DNA of 64,000 nucleotides from a virus (lineage: Duplodnaviria; Caudoviricetes). The notes under the pieces were generated by a model. It saw only the letters and a program-made list of their open reading frames with translations. It had not been told where the DNA came from and made no database searches. The stretch's first letter is position 1. Each line of letters opens with the position of its first letter. The stretch spans positions 160,001 to 224,000 of the IMG/VR virus record IMGVR_UViG_3300010355_000898; one strand, 5' to 3'. This document shows positions 19,662-30,445 of the stretch, piece after piece. The translations under genes and the position numbers were made by a program.

Positions 19662-22600
19662 AATGTATCATTTCCAATTTCAATGACTTGAATTGCAGAT
19701 TTTATGTCTGACCTTTCATTTTCACTCAAATACATTTCATTTGATGTGTATGCAATTCTATTCCTCTCAAGCATATGTGATTCGACAACAAATCTTATCC
19801 CATTGTACGTTGTCTTTTTGGGTATCAATTGATTTATGAAATTTCCAACAGTTTCATCAAACCATTTGTAGAATTCAAAAAACTCTTTAAACTTCAACCT
19901 ATCTTTTATTCTGTTGAAATATATATCTCTCAAATTTTCAATCATTGGATATTCAGAATTGTACAAATTTTCTGGTGCTCCTAGAGCGTTATCAAAATAA
20001 TCCAATGATGAGAAAATGTTGATGATATCGCGATTTAGACTGTCAATAAGAGAAAAATCTATTGACAATCTTGGATCATCTTTTATGGCTTCATTCAAAG
20101 CAGTTTCATAAATTGGGGCTGGAAGTGCCCATGGTTCATTGATATTCTCTTCAATTGTTCCCATTATTCTTATTCTTGAACCATTTATTGCCTCATCAAA
20201 ACTTGGTGACACAATGTTCTGATACATGATATCAGCGATCAATACATCATTCATATCAGAAAAACCAATACCATAAGATGGTCCAGCTGTCTCTGAAAAA
20301 TCTAAAAATGTAATATTTCCACCAATAGAATTCTTCACATCCTGATTGCATAAAGTATTCAATCTCAACTTTTGAAATGATCCACTTGACGTTGTGTTGT
20401 AATTCCAATTTATGTTTGGATCATTTACGCCAAAAGATAGTGGATTTCTTATGTGTTCAATGAATTCATTATCATCAACAGTCTTTGACCAAAATCTTAT
20501 ATTTCCTTGTCTACCTATAAATTCTGATGTTCTCACGTCTTGTGACAAATTTGCGTCATTCAAATTAGTCCCACCAGACATTTCAACAATGTATTCATTA
20601 CCAATCCTAATGTGTATACCATCAGCATTCTTTTCACTATCAAGTTTTCTGAATGATGATGAGATGTATTGTGTGTCATCATATGGATATTCATCAAAAC
20701 TCGATGATATCAACAGGAGATGTTCAATATCACCGCCAGATTGATTTCCAAGTTTCAAATACACAGATGAAGATTGAATTGGTAAATTTGCTTCATCACT
20801 TCTCACTAATCCAAAAGCATAATTCCAAATTTTTCCGTCATTAAACGTTTCACCAACAGGTGCTGACAATGTCAATGTTAACATATCCGCATTTTGTGAA
20901 TATGCTGATTTTATGTACAGATTGATTGTATCATCATTAACGTTATACACAAGATTTGAATGCAAAATTTCAACATTTGATGATCCACTTGACTGCAATC
21001 TTACTATTGATTGATTATTTTCAACAGAATTTATTGAAAATAGACCTTCTAAACACCATGAACCAGATGTATACATACCATTTGATGTCAAATTTTCTGC
21101 TATTTGTGTATCATAAGGCCAACCTGGTTCGACTTTTTTCCCAATTAGAGATGGTCCCATCATTAATGATCCAGAAATGAAATCAGTCATTGCAACTTGA
21201 ACTGTTTTAAGTTCTCTTGATCTTGAAATTTCTCCACTTGTTTCTCCACCATACTCTTTTATTCTGAGAGTATTGTCTGGATCAATGCCAATTGATCTTA
21301 AGAATGTTTTTATGCAATATTGGGTGCCCTTTGATCTCACAATTGATGGAAGATTTGTCAAAATTCTGCGCATCAATTCATTCTGAATTGATTTTATTGA
21401 CTGTTCATAATTTCCATAATCTTCATCAACGTTTTCAGAAAATAGAAATTGATCAGTTGTTGAATTGTTGAAAATTGAAGGTAAAGTTATGCCAGATGAA
21501 TTTGCATACCATTGCAAAAAATTTGATGGTATCGAACTATTTTTGTCATAATCAACAAAATTGAGTGAATTGAATTTGTCAGCAAACAATTTCAATTCGT
21601 CAAAATACTTTGCCCAAATGTACAAAAATGATAACATTATTTGAACACTTGACATTTTTCCTTGACCGGGAATTCCTTCACCTGAATAGAGATCACCATT
21701 TCCATCGAGTGCATCACTCTTTCCTGATTTGTATGCACCCTCAAGAAGATAATGTTGTGGAACCAATTTTGATATCATGTTTGGATTTGCATCATCATAC
21801 AATGATGCGCTGGTCATCAGCTCAATATTCAAATTTGATACATCTTGATTGTATGGGAACAGTATAACGTTTGACAAATATCTTTCATTGGTAACATTAC
21901 TGTGTTGATCCAATGATGAATTTTGTCTCAATAAACTTTCAGATATTATACCTGACTGATATATTGCATTATCATTTGAAAAAAAGTTTTGAATGGTTGA
22001 ATGTAAAGAATTTCCAGAACTATCAAGTACTATAGCATTTACACTATCATTTCCTGGACCTATTGGCGGTTGAGGTTCATTGAATTTATAGTACAGTTTC
22101 AAATCATCTGTTGCAAAGATATTCTTTTTTTCATAATTTTTCAGTTGTGTAACTGATCTCAAACTGTGAAATATTCTGAATTCATCCAAGGTTGCGTACA
22201 ACGTATCCAATGGTGTTATCACATCAGTTTCTGTTGTGAATGTTGATCCTGATCCAATCAGGAAATCATCAATATCAATATTCAGTTTTCCAAATGTATT
22301 TATCGTCTTGCTATCATACAATTCACAATTGTTCCACAATTCAATTGCATTGTAATTTTGTAATTCTTTATTGATTGCAATGTAAATGTGATTGAATTCA
22401 TTTTTCACAATGGGACATTGCACAGAAAATCTGTATGAACCAGAGTATATTGAAAATTCTGCATTTGTTGTATCAGAAATGTATGAAGATGATCTGATAT
22501 GAAATGTATAACCTTCATTGAGATTTGTGTTCTGTTTCTGAAAAACAATCTGATTGTGCAATGATCCAGTTGATATAAACAGTTGCATTTCAAATGAAAT

Positions 22601-23074
22601 GGATGTATTTGCATTCTGTGGATTAATCACAGATTGTCCAGATTTATCTTTTGAAAACTCAGGATACATTGCGCCTGCGTAATCTTTTACTTGTATGTAA
22701 GAGCCACTCTGAAATAACAGTTGTCCAGAATATTTTGGAAATTGTTCCAATACGTATTTATCATATCCTGTCAAACCATCAATGAATTTTTCAAATTCTT
22801 CCCTCGTTCCATCAAATGGATAATGATTACAGATCTGTTCAAATGCAAGATTTACTTTTGCTTGTGCAGACATAAAGAATGTATGATTTTCAAACTTTGA
22901 CCAATCCAAATCAAGTTGTTGTGTTGATTTTAATGGTGAATTTTGATGTTCATACAAAAATGATGTTGACAAAAAATTGTCAGTATCAGTGATTTGACTT
23001 AGTGACAATTCCAGTGGTTTTGAATTTGCAAATGCAAATTTGATGAAATCAGGGATATATTTTTGAACAGCCAT
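19658..23074 (-). CDS. Baseplate wedge protein (gp7-like) with LamG-like domains
   Basis: LPSIVRSKGTQYCIKTFLRSIG resembles the gp7/P2-I wedge motif; LDEFRIFH...LKLYYKFNE and GNIRFWS are LamG-type strands. Confidence 0.65.
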   Translation of the reverse strand: MAVQKYIPDFIKFAFANSKPLELSLSQITDTDNFLSTSFLYEHQNSPLKSTQQLDLDWSKFENHTFFMSAQAKVNLAFEQICNHYPFDGTREEFEKFIDGLTGYDKYVLEQFPKYSGQLLFQSGSYIQVKDYAGAMYPEFSKDKSGQSVINPQNANTSISFEMQLFISTGSLHNQIVFQKQNTNLNEGYTFHIRSSSYISDTTNAEFSIYSGSYRFSVQCPIVKNEFNHIYIAINKELQNYNAIELWNNCELYDSKTINTFGKLNIDIDDFLIGSGSTFTTETDVITPLDTLYATLDEFRIFHSLRSVTQLKNYEKKNIFATDDLKLYYKFNEPQPPIGPGNDSVNAIVLDSSGNSLHSTIQNFFSNDNAIYQSGIISESLLRQNSSLDQHSNVTNERYLSNVILFPYNQDVSNLNIELMTSASLYDDANPNMISKLVPQHYLLEGAYKSGKSDALDGNGDLYSGEGIPGQGKMSSVQIMLSFLYIWAKYFDELKLFADKFNSLNFVDYDKNSSIPSNFLQWYANSSGITLPSIFNNSTTDQFLFSENVDEDYGNYEQSIKSIQNELMRRILTNLPSIVRSKGTQYCIKTFLRSIGIDPDNTLRIKEYGGETSGEISRSRELKTVQVAMTDFISGSLMMGPSLIGKKVEPGWPYDTQIAENLTSNGMYTSGSWCLEGLFSINSVENNQSIVRLQSSGSSNVEILHSNLVYNVNDDTINLYIKSAYSQNADMLTLTLSAPVGETFNDGKIWNYAFGLVRSDEANLPIQSSSVYLKLGNQSGGDIEHLLLISSSFDEYPYDDTQYISSSFRKLDSEKNADGIHIRIGNEYIVEMSGGTNLNDANLSQDVRTSEFIGRQGNIRFWSKTVDDNEFIEHIRNPLSFGVNDPNINWNYNTTSSGSFQKLRLNTLCNQDVKNSIGGNITFLDFSETAGPSYGIGFSDMNDVLIADIMYQNIVSPSFDEAINGSRIRIMGTIEENINEPWALPAPIYETALNEAIKDDPRLSIDFSLIDSLNRDIINIFSSLDYFDNALGAPENLYNSEYPMIENLRDIYFNRIKDRLKFKEFFEFYKWFDETVGNFINQLIPKKTTYNGIRFVVESHMLERNRIAYTSNEMYLSENERSDIKSAIQVIEIGNDTL

Positions 23075-23093
23075 TCTTGGCTCTAGATATCAC

Positions 23094-24560
23094 TCAATGC
23101 TTATCAGATACCTTAAAGAATGTTGAACAATCATTGAATGTTTTTTGCATTGCACCACATAAAATTGCAACATCAATTGTGTATACATTGTCTTTAGGCA
23201 GCGATGCAGGTGAAAACATAAAATAATTTCCATTGACATCTGTGCTCATCAGTGTTGAATTATTTACAAAATCAAATGGGATGATGATATCATTTGTGTA
23301 CACATTCCTAATTCTGTAATGAGCAATTGGTGAAATTCCTGGATCATTGATGTATGTCTTCACAAGATTTGACATGATGTTCTTGTCAACAATGTGTACT
23401 CTAACTTCCACATCATCACAATCACTGTCATACTGTTCATTCAATGAATAAACACTGACAACATATTTTGACATGTCAATTTGTGAATTTGATCTCTGAT
23501 TATCATTGATCGTGACATTTGTTCCAGAAAGATATGTTATTGCTTGATCATTTGAACACCAAATTGGTAGCATTTTTATGCTGCCAGATATCTGTTGCAA
23601 TGTTTTCAATTGTTCTGTTTTTTCAATAATGAATGATGAGGTATAAATTCCAATACGTTCATTAATGCCATCATTGAATTGACTACCAGAAAACAATAAT
23701 GTATACATTCCACCAGAAATTGGCATATCAAATTTTAATGTCAAACAATTTGATCCAGTTAATGTATCATTTCCAAATGTATTTGTTAAGTTTCCATCAC
23801 CATCATAGTTGTAAAAATAGAGAGTATTGATTACATCAAATTTGACGTTATTGATATCATTTCTGACTGCATCATTCCATTGAATATACAATTTTGGATG
23901 TAAATCACCATTATAGGCAGTGCGTGATGCAAATCTTTTTACAAAATAGTTGTGTTGATCACTCTCTTCAATTTCACCTAATGACAATCTGAAACCAGAG
24001 TTTGGTATATCATTTGTCAAAATTCCTGAGACAATTTTTGTAACATCAATCAACAAATTTTCTTCACCAGTTGTGAAGTATTGCGTACATGAATAATCAT
24101 TAACTGCAGATGATGAAATGATATAGTCAACATTTTCATTATTTGATCCGGATGCATTACAACCAGACAATATCCAATTTTCACTCACTGAATTCTGAAC
24201 AAAATTTGCTGCATCATAATCACCATAAAAAACAATATCTCTTCCAAGTCCTTCATCAAATGATCTTGATAGTGGATATACTGTGGTCGTAAAATTTCTT
24301 GGACAAGTTTGACCACCATAAACATCATACAATTTCAAATAACTTTTGAAGTTATTGTTGATATTGAATTGCGTTGTGTCAACATTTGTCAAATCAAAAT
24401 GTAGCAATAATCTTGATAATTCATATCCATTCTTTTCTGAATACAATTTGAACAGATCGAGTGTACCTGCAGATCCAACATTTGATCCTGATTTGATAAC
24501 ATTTCCAATGACTCTATTGGTTATGTATGTATCCTTATCTGCATTGAATATTTTGATCAT
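23094..24560 (-). CDS. Virion protein with DNRLRE-like N-terminal domain
   Basis: ADKDTYI...SRLLLHFDL...YLKLY...PKLYIQW pattern. Confidence 0.6.
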   Translation of the reverse strand: MIKIFNADKDTYITNRVIGNVIKSGSNVGSAGTLDLFKLYSEKNGYELSRLLLHFDLTNVDTTQFNINNNFKSYLKLYDVYGGQTCPRNFTTTVYPLSRSFDEGLGRDIVFYGDYDAANFVQNSVSENWILSGCNASGSNNENVDYIISSSAVNDYSCTQYFTTGEENLLIDVTKIVSGILTNDIPNSGFRLSLGEIEESDQHNYFVKRFASRTAYNGDLHPKLYIQWNDAVRNDINNVKFDVINTLYFYNYDGDGNLTNTFGNDTLTGSNCLTLKFDMPISGGMYTLLFSGSQFNDGINERIGIYTSSFIIEKTEQLKTLQQISGSIKMLPIWCSNDQAITYLSGTNVTINDNQRSNSQIDMSKYVVSVYSLNEQYDSDCDDVEVRVHIVDKNIMSNLVKTYINDPGISPIAHYRIRNVYTNDIIIPFDFVNNSTLMSTDVNGNYFMFSPASLPKDNVYTIDVAILCGAMQKTFNDCSTFFKVSDKH

Positions 24561-26392
24561 TATGTGACAACCTTTCCAATGATGTCATAATTTGGATATT
24601 TGATTTCAAATATTGATCCAATTGGAGGAACAATTACATTATTGATTGTGTTCATTGGAATATTGAATGATACGTTACTGTATGTTCTGCTCCCAACATT
24701 TGTCACAATATTGTTGATGATCAAACTGTTTATGCTCATAATTCCTTGAACATTTGATATCAAACTCAAGATATCATCTCTAATGATTGGTTGATCAATT
24801 GTGAAATTTTTGATGTTGAAATAATCTTTCAATCTAATCAACACTTGTTGCAACACAAGACTTTTATTCAACAATGGATCAATCATAACTTCAAAATTGC
24901 ATCCAATGTTGATTATTTTTGCATCCAATATATTGAACGTATCTGACAGTTGTCTATAGGGTGTTAGATAGTTTTTCAGATTCTCTTTCAATGTATCAGG
25001 AGATATGACCAATTGTTGAGAATCATTTCTTGATATAACATATATGTTGCTTGCTTGTCTATTATTTGGATCTGGATGTACAGAAGTTCTGAATATTCTA
25101 CCAAATGTTGTTGGTAAAGAATAGATGCGAGCAATAACATCGGGTGCTGTCACCATTCTTTCTTGAGAATTTTTCATTAATGGTATCAATTGTTTCAATT
25201 CATCAATTGTCATCGCATCTTCACCACCAGATGCATCATCAAGATTTGTAACCTCAGTTGAACCTCTAATCGCTGATGCTGTAGCTGATGAAACATCTCC
25301 AGGAAATGTCATATTCAACAACTTAATTGATTTGATTGAATCATTTTTTACAGAATGATTGAGACCTCCACCATATCTGTATGTCACTGTCATTGTTGTG
25401 TTGGTGTTGTAAACACCCAATGTTTTGCTGTTTAACATACTTGATGGATTGATTGCAATTTTTGAAAATGTTTTTGTATATGGTAATGAAATTGCAAAAC
25501 TTGTTGGATCTGGTAATGCATCATCTTCAAAACTTTCTGCATTTCCACCACCTAAGATTATTGTTGTTTGTCTTGTTGCCAATGTTGTGTCTGTAACATA
25601 ACGATATGGTACAAGTTTAGGCTTAATTCTATTCTTTACAAATGCAGCATCAGATTTTGTGTTCAGAACACTCAAATAGATTGTGTCATCTGTCAAATTG
25701 CTTACTTCATAATAGTCATTTCCCAAATCATCCTTCATTGAAATGATTTCAGAAACATTTGGTTGTTCAAGAGATAAACGTTTAAATGGTACAAATTCAT
25801 TACCAATTGTAAACGTTTCTATTTTTTCTTTTCCAGAAATTGCTTCACCCTCTGCAGAAAGAATGTATGATTGTGGAACATTATTGACTGTTTTGTCAAT
25901 AATATATTTTGCTTTTAATGTTCCATCTTGATTTGTATCATTGAAATTGATATCATCTTTCAATATGAATTCAACACCATTATCTGCAGAACAAATTGTA
26001 TTTGCTTGAATTATTGGTAATGAATTCATGTCTGGACCATTACCATTCTGATTTGCTGGGACTCTTACATAAAATGTCAATGGAACAATTGCGGGGGCTG
26101 CTCCCTGAATTTTTACGCCTGCAGTCTTGAGTAAATTTTCAATATTTCCATATTCAACTGCAGTGTCATAACTCAATTCACCAAATTGATGATCAAGATA
26201 GAATGAAAATGTATCACCAACATATGAAGCAAAATCCAACAATAAACCACCAAGTGATGCTTCTGAAAAATCCTTGATCTTGTCTGGATAATAGAGTTTA
26301 GCATATTCCAGAAGCTGTTCTCTGAATGCGTTGAAATCTTTTGCAAGATACTTTCTTTGACGCACTTGAGTTAATCCAGTTTTTGTTGCCAT
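24560..26392 (-). CDS. Baseplate wedge subunit (T4 gp6 / baseplate J-like)
   Basis: YLAKDFNAFREQLLEYAK, SYVGDTFSFYLD, VTYRYGGG, ASGGED, QERMVTAPD. Confidence 0.88.
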   Translation of the reverse strand: MATKTGLTQVRQRKYLAKDFNAFREQLLEYAKLYYPDKIKDFSEASLGGLLLDFASYVGDTFSFYLDHQFGELSYDTAVEYGNIENLLKTAGVKIQGAAPAIVPLTFYVRVPANQNGNGPDMNSLPIIQANTICSADNGVEFILKDDINFNDTNQDGTLKAKYIIDKTVNNVPQSYILSAEGEAISGKEKIETFTIGNEFVPFKRLSLEQPNVSEIISMKDDLGNDYYEVSNLTDDTIYLSVLNTKSDAAFVKNRIKPKLVPYRYVTDTTLATRQTTIILGGGNAESFEDDALPDPTSFAISLPYTKTFSKIAINPSSMLNSKTLGVYNTNTTMTVTYRYGGGLNHSVKNDSIKSIKLLNMTFPGDVSSATASAIRGSTEVTNLDDASGGEDAMTIDELKQLIPLMKNSQERMVTAPDVIARIYSLPTTFGRIFRTSVHPDPNNRQASNIYVISRNDSQQLVISPDTLKENLKNYLTPYRQLSDTFNILDAKIINIGCNFEVMIDPLLNKSLVLQQVLIRLKDYFNIKNFTIDQPIIRDDILSLISNVQGIMSINSLIINNIVTNVGSRTYSNVSFNIPMNTINNVIVPPIGSIFEIKYPNYDIIGKVVT

Positions 26393-26428
26393 TTAAGATC
26401 CTCAAATGTAACTATATTCTCTGTGCAA

Positions 26429-26899
26429 TCAAACAACTTTCAATGTTACCTCAATCATTTGATTTGAAGCATTCAACGTTGGCACACTGTAAGTTATAAT
26501 CAATTTTATGTTTGCTGTATTTCCATCATTAAATTGTCTATCAATTGAAGAAACATAATCCTCAAGATTGATATATGGCATCCATTTTGTGACAGCATTC
26601 TTTATTCTAACAACTGCTTCATTATCAAAATTGTCAAGTGAAGTGAATTCAAAAAGTAATTGACGTAAATTTGCGCCAAATGTAAATTGTCCCAATCTTT
26701 CACCCCAATTTGTTAAGATAAGATTTCTGAAATTGTCTCTAACCTGATCTTTCAATGAATAGTTCATCAAAAATAGATCATCAGTTGTGCTCAATTGCAA
26801 AGGGGTCTTTATCCCAATTGGTATTGCAGTTTTTTGAACATCATGTTCAATCTTTTGTTTAATGGTTGTACCAACACTTTTGAAATCAATTGTTGCCAT
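26429..26899 (-). CDS. Baseplate wedge protein gp25-like (GPW/gp25)
   Basis: QVRDNFRNLILTNWGER...FGANLRQLLFE...WMPYI. Confidence 0.88.
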   Translation of the reverse strand: MATIDFKSVGTTIKQKIEHDVQKTAIPIGIKTPLQLSTTDDLFLMNYSLKDQVRDNFRNLILTNWGERLGQFTFGANLRQLLFEFTSLDNFDNEAVVRIKNAVTKWMPYINLEDYVSSIDRQFNDGNTANIKLIITYSVPTLNASNQMIEVTLKVV

Positions 26900-26900
26900 T

Positions 26901-27161
26901 TTACAATTTACGTACCAAAACATTTATCTGACTTTTGATCAGATCATAGATTTCATCATTCAAAGTTTTTTTCAATTCTTCAAGATCATCAAGCCTATCT
27001 TCTCTATCCTGAAAACTTTTTGATGTTGAAAGAATGTGTGTCTGTACACTCTGCGTTAAACTCTTGATGAGAGTTTGTATTGCCATTCTGATTTTGTAAT
27101 CTGGCAAATATGTCATCAATTCTTCAGTCAGAATAAATTCTTTTAACTCATTCTTATTCAT
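26901..27161 (-). CDS. Hypothetical protein
   Basis: MNKNELKEFILTEE start, overlapping the upstream stop. Confidence 0.6.
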   Translation of the reverse strand: MNKNELKEFILTEELMTYLPDYKIRMAIQTLIKSLTQSVQTHILSTSKSFQDREDRLDDLEELKKTLNDEIYDLIKSQINVLVRKL

Positions 27162-27480
27162 TATCAATATCTCTCAAAACTGGTTTTTTGTATGCTGCAG
27201 ATGCATAATCACCATTCAACAACTTTTCAAACATTTCTTCATACAACGTGTTAACTTTTTCACTAAACTCATTCAGCGCAGTAATTATCTGGTCTTCCCA
27301 ATATTCACGACCATAACGTATCATTGTTGGATCTGAATCATCAAATTGATCTTCAAGATTTATTTTCATTGCATGACGTAAATTGTCATATTCATCAAAA
27401 TCTTCAAGAGTTGATGCCATTTCTTTCAAGATTTTTTTTGCTTCAATGATAACCTTTTTCTTGTGCTGTACGTTTTTCAT
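27154..27480 (-). CDS. Hypothetical protein, possible internal virion protein
   Basis: Likely start ATG27480, 5 nt after ATACTTA; KKILKEMA motif. Confidence 0.6.
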   Translation of the reverse strand: MKNVQHKKKVIIEAKKILKEMASTLEDFDEYDNLRHAMKINLEDQFDDSDPTMIRYGREYWEDQIITALNEFSEKVNTLYEEMFEKLLNGDYASAAYKKPVLRDIDNE

Positions 27481-27496
27481 GTATTTAAGTATTTCA

Positions 27497-27664
27497 TCAT
27501 TTTTTTGATAGGTTAACACTTGAAAACGCAAAATGCAATTGTCTAATCAACTCTTCTGCTTTCAATCTGATCTGTTCTTTTTCTTCATCATTCACTGCTC
27601 GTTTAATTGCAGAAATGTATAGTGGATCATTATGCAATATTTTGATCAATTCTTCTGGAGTCAT
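27497..27664 (-). CDS. Small hypothetical protein
   Basis: MTPEELIKILHNDPLY..., fills an operon gap. Confidence 0.5.
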   Translation of the reverse strand: MTPEELIKILHNDPLYISAIKRAVNDEEKEQIRLKAEELIRQLHFAFSSVNLSKK

Positions 27665-27674
27665 ATCGTGCCCT

Positions 27675-28616
27675 TTACACAAGAAATAACATTGTTGCTG
27701 CAGTCTGAGCTATAACACCTGGTCCAAGAATGCTTCCAATCAGATCAACTATCATCATGCCAATGATATCTTGCATAAATACAATCATTGTTGCAGATAA
27801 CAATTTTGGCATGATCAGCAGTAAACCAACCTTTTTGAATACATCAAGAAATAGGTTCAAAATGAGATCAATAAACTTTCCAATCAAACCTTTCAAATCA
27901 AGTGTCATGAGTGACGCTGCAAGTGATGGATCAAATATTCCCAAAAATATGTTTGGTAATGATACCAACAATTGTTTCAAAAGATCACCAATAATGATAA
28001 AATCAAAATTTGGTGTTGGAATTTGTGGAATTGTGAATTGAGGAATTGGTGGTAGTGATGGTAATCCTGTTATGAATGATTTCAATAGATCAAGATTGAT
28101 GTCATATTTTTGTGCAAATTTTGGTAACAGAGGAATTGATGGGTAAGCAACACCAAAATCTATCAAAAATTGTGGAATATCACCAATTTGAATGTTGATG
28201 GCAAAATTTGCAGTTGGATCAAAAAATAGTGGTTTTGCAGGTTGACCACCATTTATGTCAAGAAACTTGACAACTGGCTCATATATGTTTTTTATGAAGA
28301 TTTTTACATAATCTCTATCAGCATCTTTCAAATAAGGTAATGACAATGATGCAAATGGTGATGGACTGAACCAAAAAAGTTGACTCATGGCAAATGGATC
28401 TCCTGACAAAAGAATTTTATCAGGGTCAGATAGGAGTGGCCCACCAATTGGTGGAAATTTTGTGACAATACTTGACCACTTTGCTCCACCACCATTTTCA
28501 TTTCCAGATGTCATCAACAGTGCAACCTGTTCTGCAAATGCATTGATTGCAGATTGTGTCAGTTGATCATTTTGCAACATGCCAATTGTTGTCAATATTT
28601 TATCATTTGCACCCAT
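27675..28616 (-). CDS. Hydrophobic, Pro-rich hypothetical protein next to the baseplate spike gene
   Basis: LPSLPPIPQFTIPQIPTP and a long hydrophobic C-terminus. Confidence 0.6.
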   Translation of the reverse strand: MGANDKILTTIGMLQNDQLTQSAINAFAEQVALLMTSGNENGGGAKWSSIVTKFPPIGGPLLSDPDKILLSGDPFAMSQLFWFSPSPFASLSLPYLKDADRDYVKIFIKNIYEPVVKFLDINGGQPAKPLFFDPTANFAINIQIGDIPQFLIDFGVAYPSIPLLPKFAQKYDINLDLLKSFITGLPSLPPIPQFTIPQIPTPNFDFIIIGDLLKQLLVSLPNIFLGIFDPSLAASLMTLDLKGLIGKFIDLILNLFLDVFKKVGLLLIMPKLLSATMIVFMQDIIGMMIVDLIGSILGPGVIAQTAATMLFLV

Positions 28617-30097
28617 TATTTGATCAGAACCTTTTTTGAAAATTGTCCATTTTGACCTGCAATACCAATCTGAGCACCCATTGTGTCAACTATTGGTTGT
28701 GCAGAAATATTACCTGAATTTGCTTCTACACCAACCGGTTGACATAATACAGCAAGATTTGCATCATCACCACCAAGTTTCAAATATCCCAAATTTGATG
28801 GTTTAAGAACTATGTCACCATTTGTTTTCATTGCAATAACGCCATAATTTTCAACGTTATCTGATCTGATTTTGTTCTGTTTGTCATCCTTTTCATCCCA
28901 ACCGGTTACAACAAACTCAATATCAGATCTCACTATTATTCTGACTTTATCAGTCATCAATGCAATTGCAGGATCACCCGTTACTTCATCAACAATTTTT
29001 GCCAATTCAATTCTGTCGCCACCTTGAAATTGTCCATTAGAAAGTATACTATTCAATTTTTCAAGATCAAATTTCTTATCAATAGAACATTTTTGTGATG
29101 TCAAAATTCTTGATGCATCATTAATGTAATCCGGATCACCTTCATGTTCATTGATCTGTTCTACGCTCTTATCCAATTCCTCCATACCAATAGAATTTTT
29201 TACAGTTTTTCCGGATGTTGTGGATGTTCTTCCGGCACCAGTTACAATGTCTACTGTTCCTGAATCTTTATTGAATTCATCATCTGGAAAAGAATTGACG
29301 GTCTTTTCACCATCAATGTCATCATATTTTGCAATTGGACCACTTCTGTCCTTTCCAATTACAATTCTTGCATTTCCAGTTCCTTCAATGAGATATTCGC
29401 CAGGGCGCTTTCTGTATCTTGGAATACTTTCAATTGGTGACAATTTTCCTGCATCAGTTTCTGTAATGATCTTTTCAAATATGTTTTCATCCTCTGATGA
29501 TATGACTGCAGAGTTTGCATCAGTATATCTTTCACCATTGTCAACGAATGTTCTGCCATTTCTGAATTCATATTTTGGTTCGTCTGTTCCCTGAAATTTT
29601 TTCTTCAGACTTGGTGAAAATGATTCATCATACATTCTTGGATGATGTGTATGATTTGCATCATCAACATGATGAGGGGCTGTTATTTTGCAAAACCAAT
29701 ATCCAATATCAATTTGTTTCAACCCAAATGCTTCAAACATTACCCAAATTTGTTCACCTGGAAGGGCTGGCATTGATAATTGTGCAGGAAAGAATGGATA
29801 CAGCACCATTGGCAATTCAATTGCTGATGCATTTCCATCCAATGCCCGTGCAGCAATCAATGAATTTCTTGGTGCGCTGTAAAGATATTGTGGATTTGAA
29901 ACGCTATATTTTTCAATTAGAGAAGCTATTTTTTTTTCAGATAATATTGTTGGATCAAACAACGTTTCAAGAATTACAAATCTATAAAAACTTGGTGGTA
30001 CAACATTTGTACCAGCATTCTGTCTATTTTTTGCATCAATGACTTGGGCTGCGTTACCCTCAACAAGATGTTTTGTTAGATCATATTTGTTATTCAT
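28616..30097 (-). CDS. Baseplate hub/spike protein (gp5-like OB-fold N-terminus)
   Basis: MPALPGEQIWVMF...GYWF and PGEYLIEGTGNARIVIG resemble gp5/Vgr-type motifs; lies just upstream of gp25 and gp6. Confidence 0.6.
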   Translation of the reverse strand: MNNKYDLTKHLVEGNAAQVIDAKNRQNAGTNVVPPSFYRFVILETLFDPTILSEKKIASLIEKYSVSNPQYLYSAPRNSLIAARALDGNASAIELPMVLYPFFPAQLSMPALPGEQIWVMFEAFGLKQIDIGYWFCKITAPHHVDDANHTHHPRMYDESFSPSLKKKFQGTDEPKYEFRNGRTFVDNGERYTDANSAVISSEDENIFEKIITETDAGKLSPIESIPRYRKRPGEYLIEGTGNARIVIGKDRSGPIAKYDDIDGEKTVNSFPDDEFNKDSGTVDIVTGAGRTSTTSGKTVKNSIGMEELDKSVEQINEHEGDPDYINDASRILTSQKCSIDKKFDLEKLNSILSNGQFQGGDRIELAKIVDEVTGDPAIALMTDKVRIIVRSDIEFVVTGWDEKDDKQNKIRSDNVENYGVIAMKTNGDIVLKPSNLGYLKLGGDDANLAVLCQPVGVEANSGNISAQPIVDTMGAQIGIAGQNGQFSKKVLIK

Positions 30098-30437
30098 TTA
30101 CTTTTGAGTAAATATCGTCAGGATCAATTTCATTTTCCTTTTCTTGAACCTTAGTAATCAGTTCAGCAAGTTTCAATAATTGATCATTTGCTTTACTCAT
30201 TCTTTCAATGTATGTTGCCAATGTTTTTCCATGTACAGCATGCTCTGTTGACTGATCTTTCACTATTGACATCAAAATTATGAACAAATTGTGTGCATTC
30301 TGCCTGTCCCTAATTGCATTGATGTATATTTCTTTCCACAGACTTTTTTTCTTATCTTCAAGCGTTGATATATCATCCAACAATTTTGAAAAATCATGTA
30401 TTTTTTGTTCTATTTCAGAATTTGTTGCATCACTCAT
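30090..30437 (-). CDS. Helical hypothetical protein
   Basis: 115-aa coiled ORF with GAGGT SD. Confidence 0.65.
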   Translation of the reverse strand: MSDATNSEIEQKIHDFSKLLDDISTLEDKKKSLWKEIYINAIRDRQNAHNLFIILMSIVKDQSTEHAVHGKTLATYIERMSKANDQLLKLAELITKVQEKENEIDPDDIYSKVNE

Positions 30438-30445
30438 GTGTTACC

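Noticed and set aside
29151-30042. Plus-strand ORFs of 147 and 155 aa, and similar antisense ORFs throughout
   Set aside because: Shadows of longer motif-bearing genes on the opposite strand, with no motifs or start signals of their own
30090-30437. Terminase small subunit
   Set aside because: Size and helicity fit, but there is no diagnostic motif and no large subunit nearby
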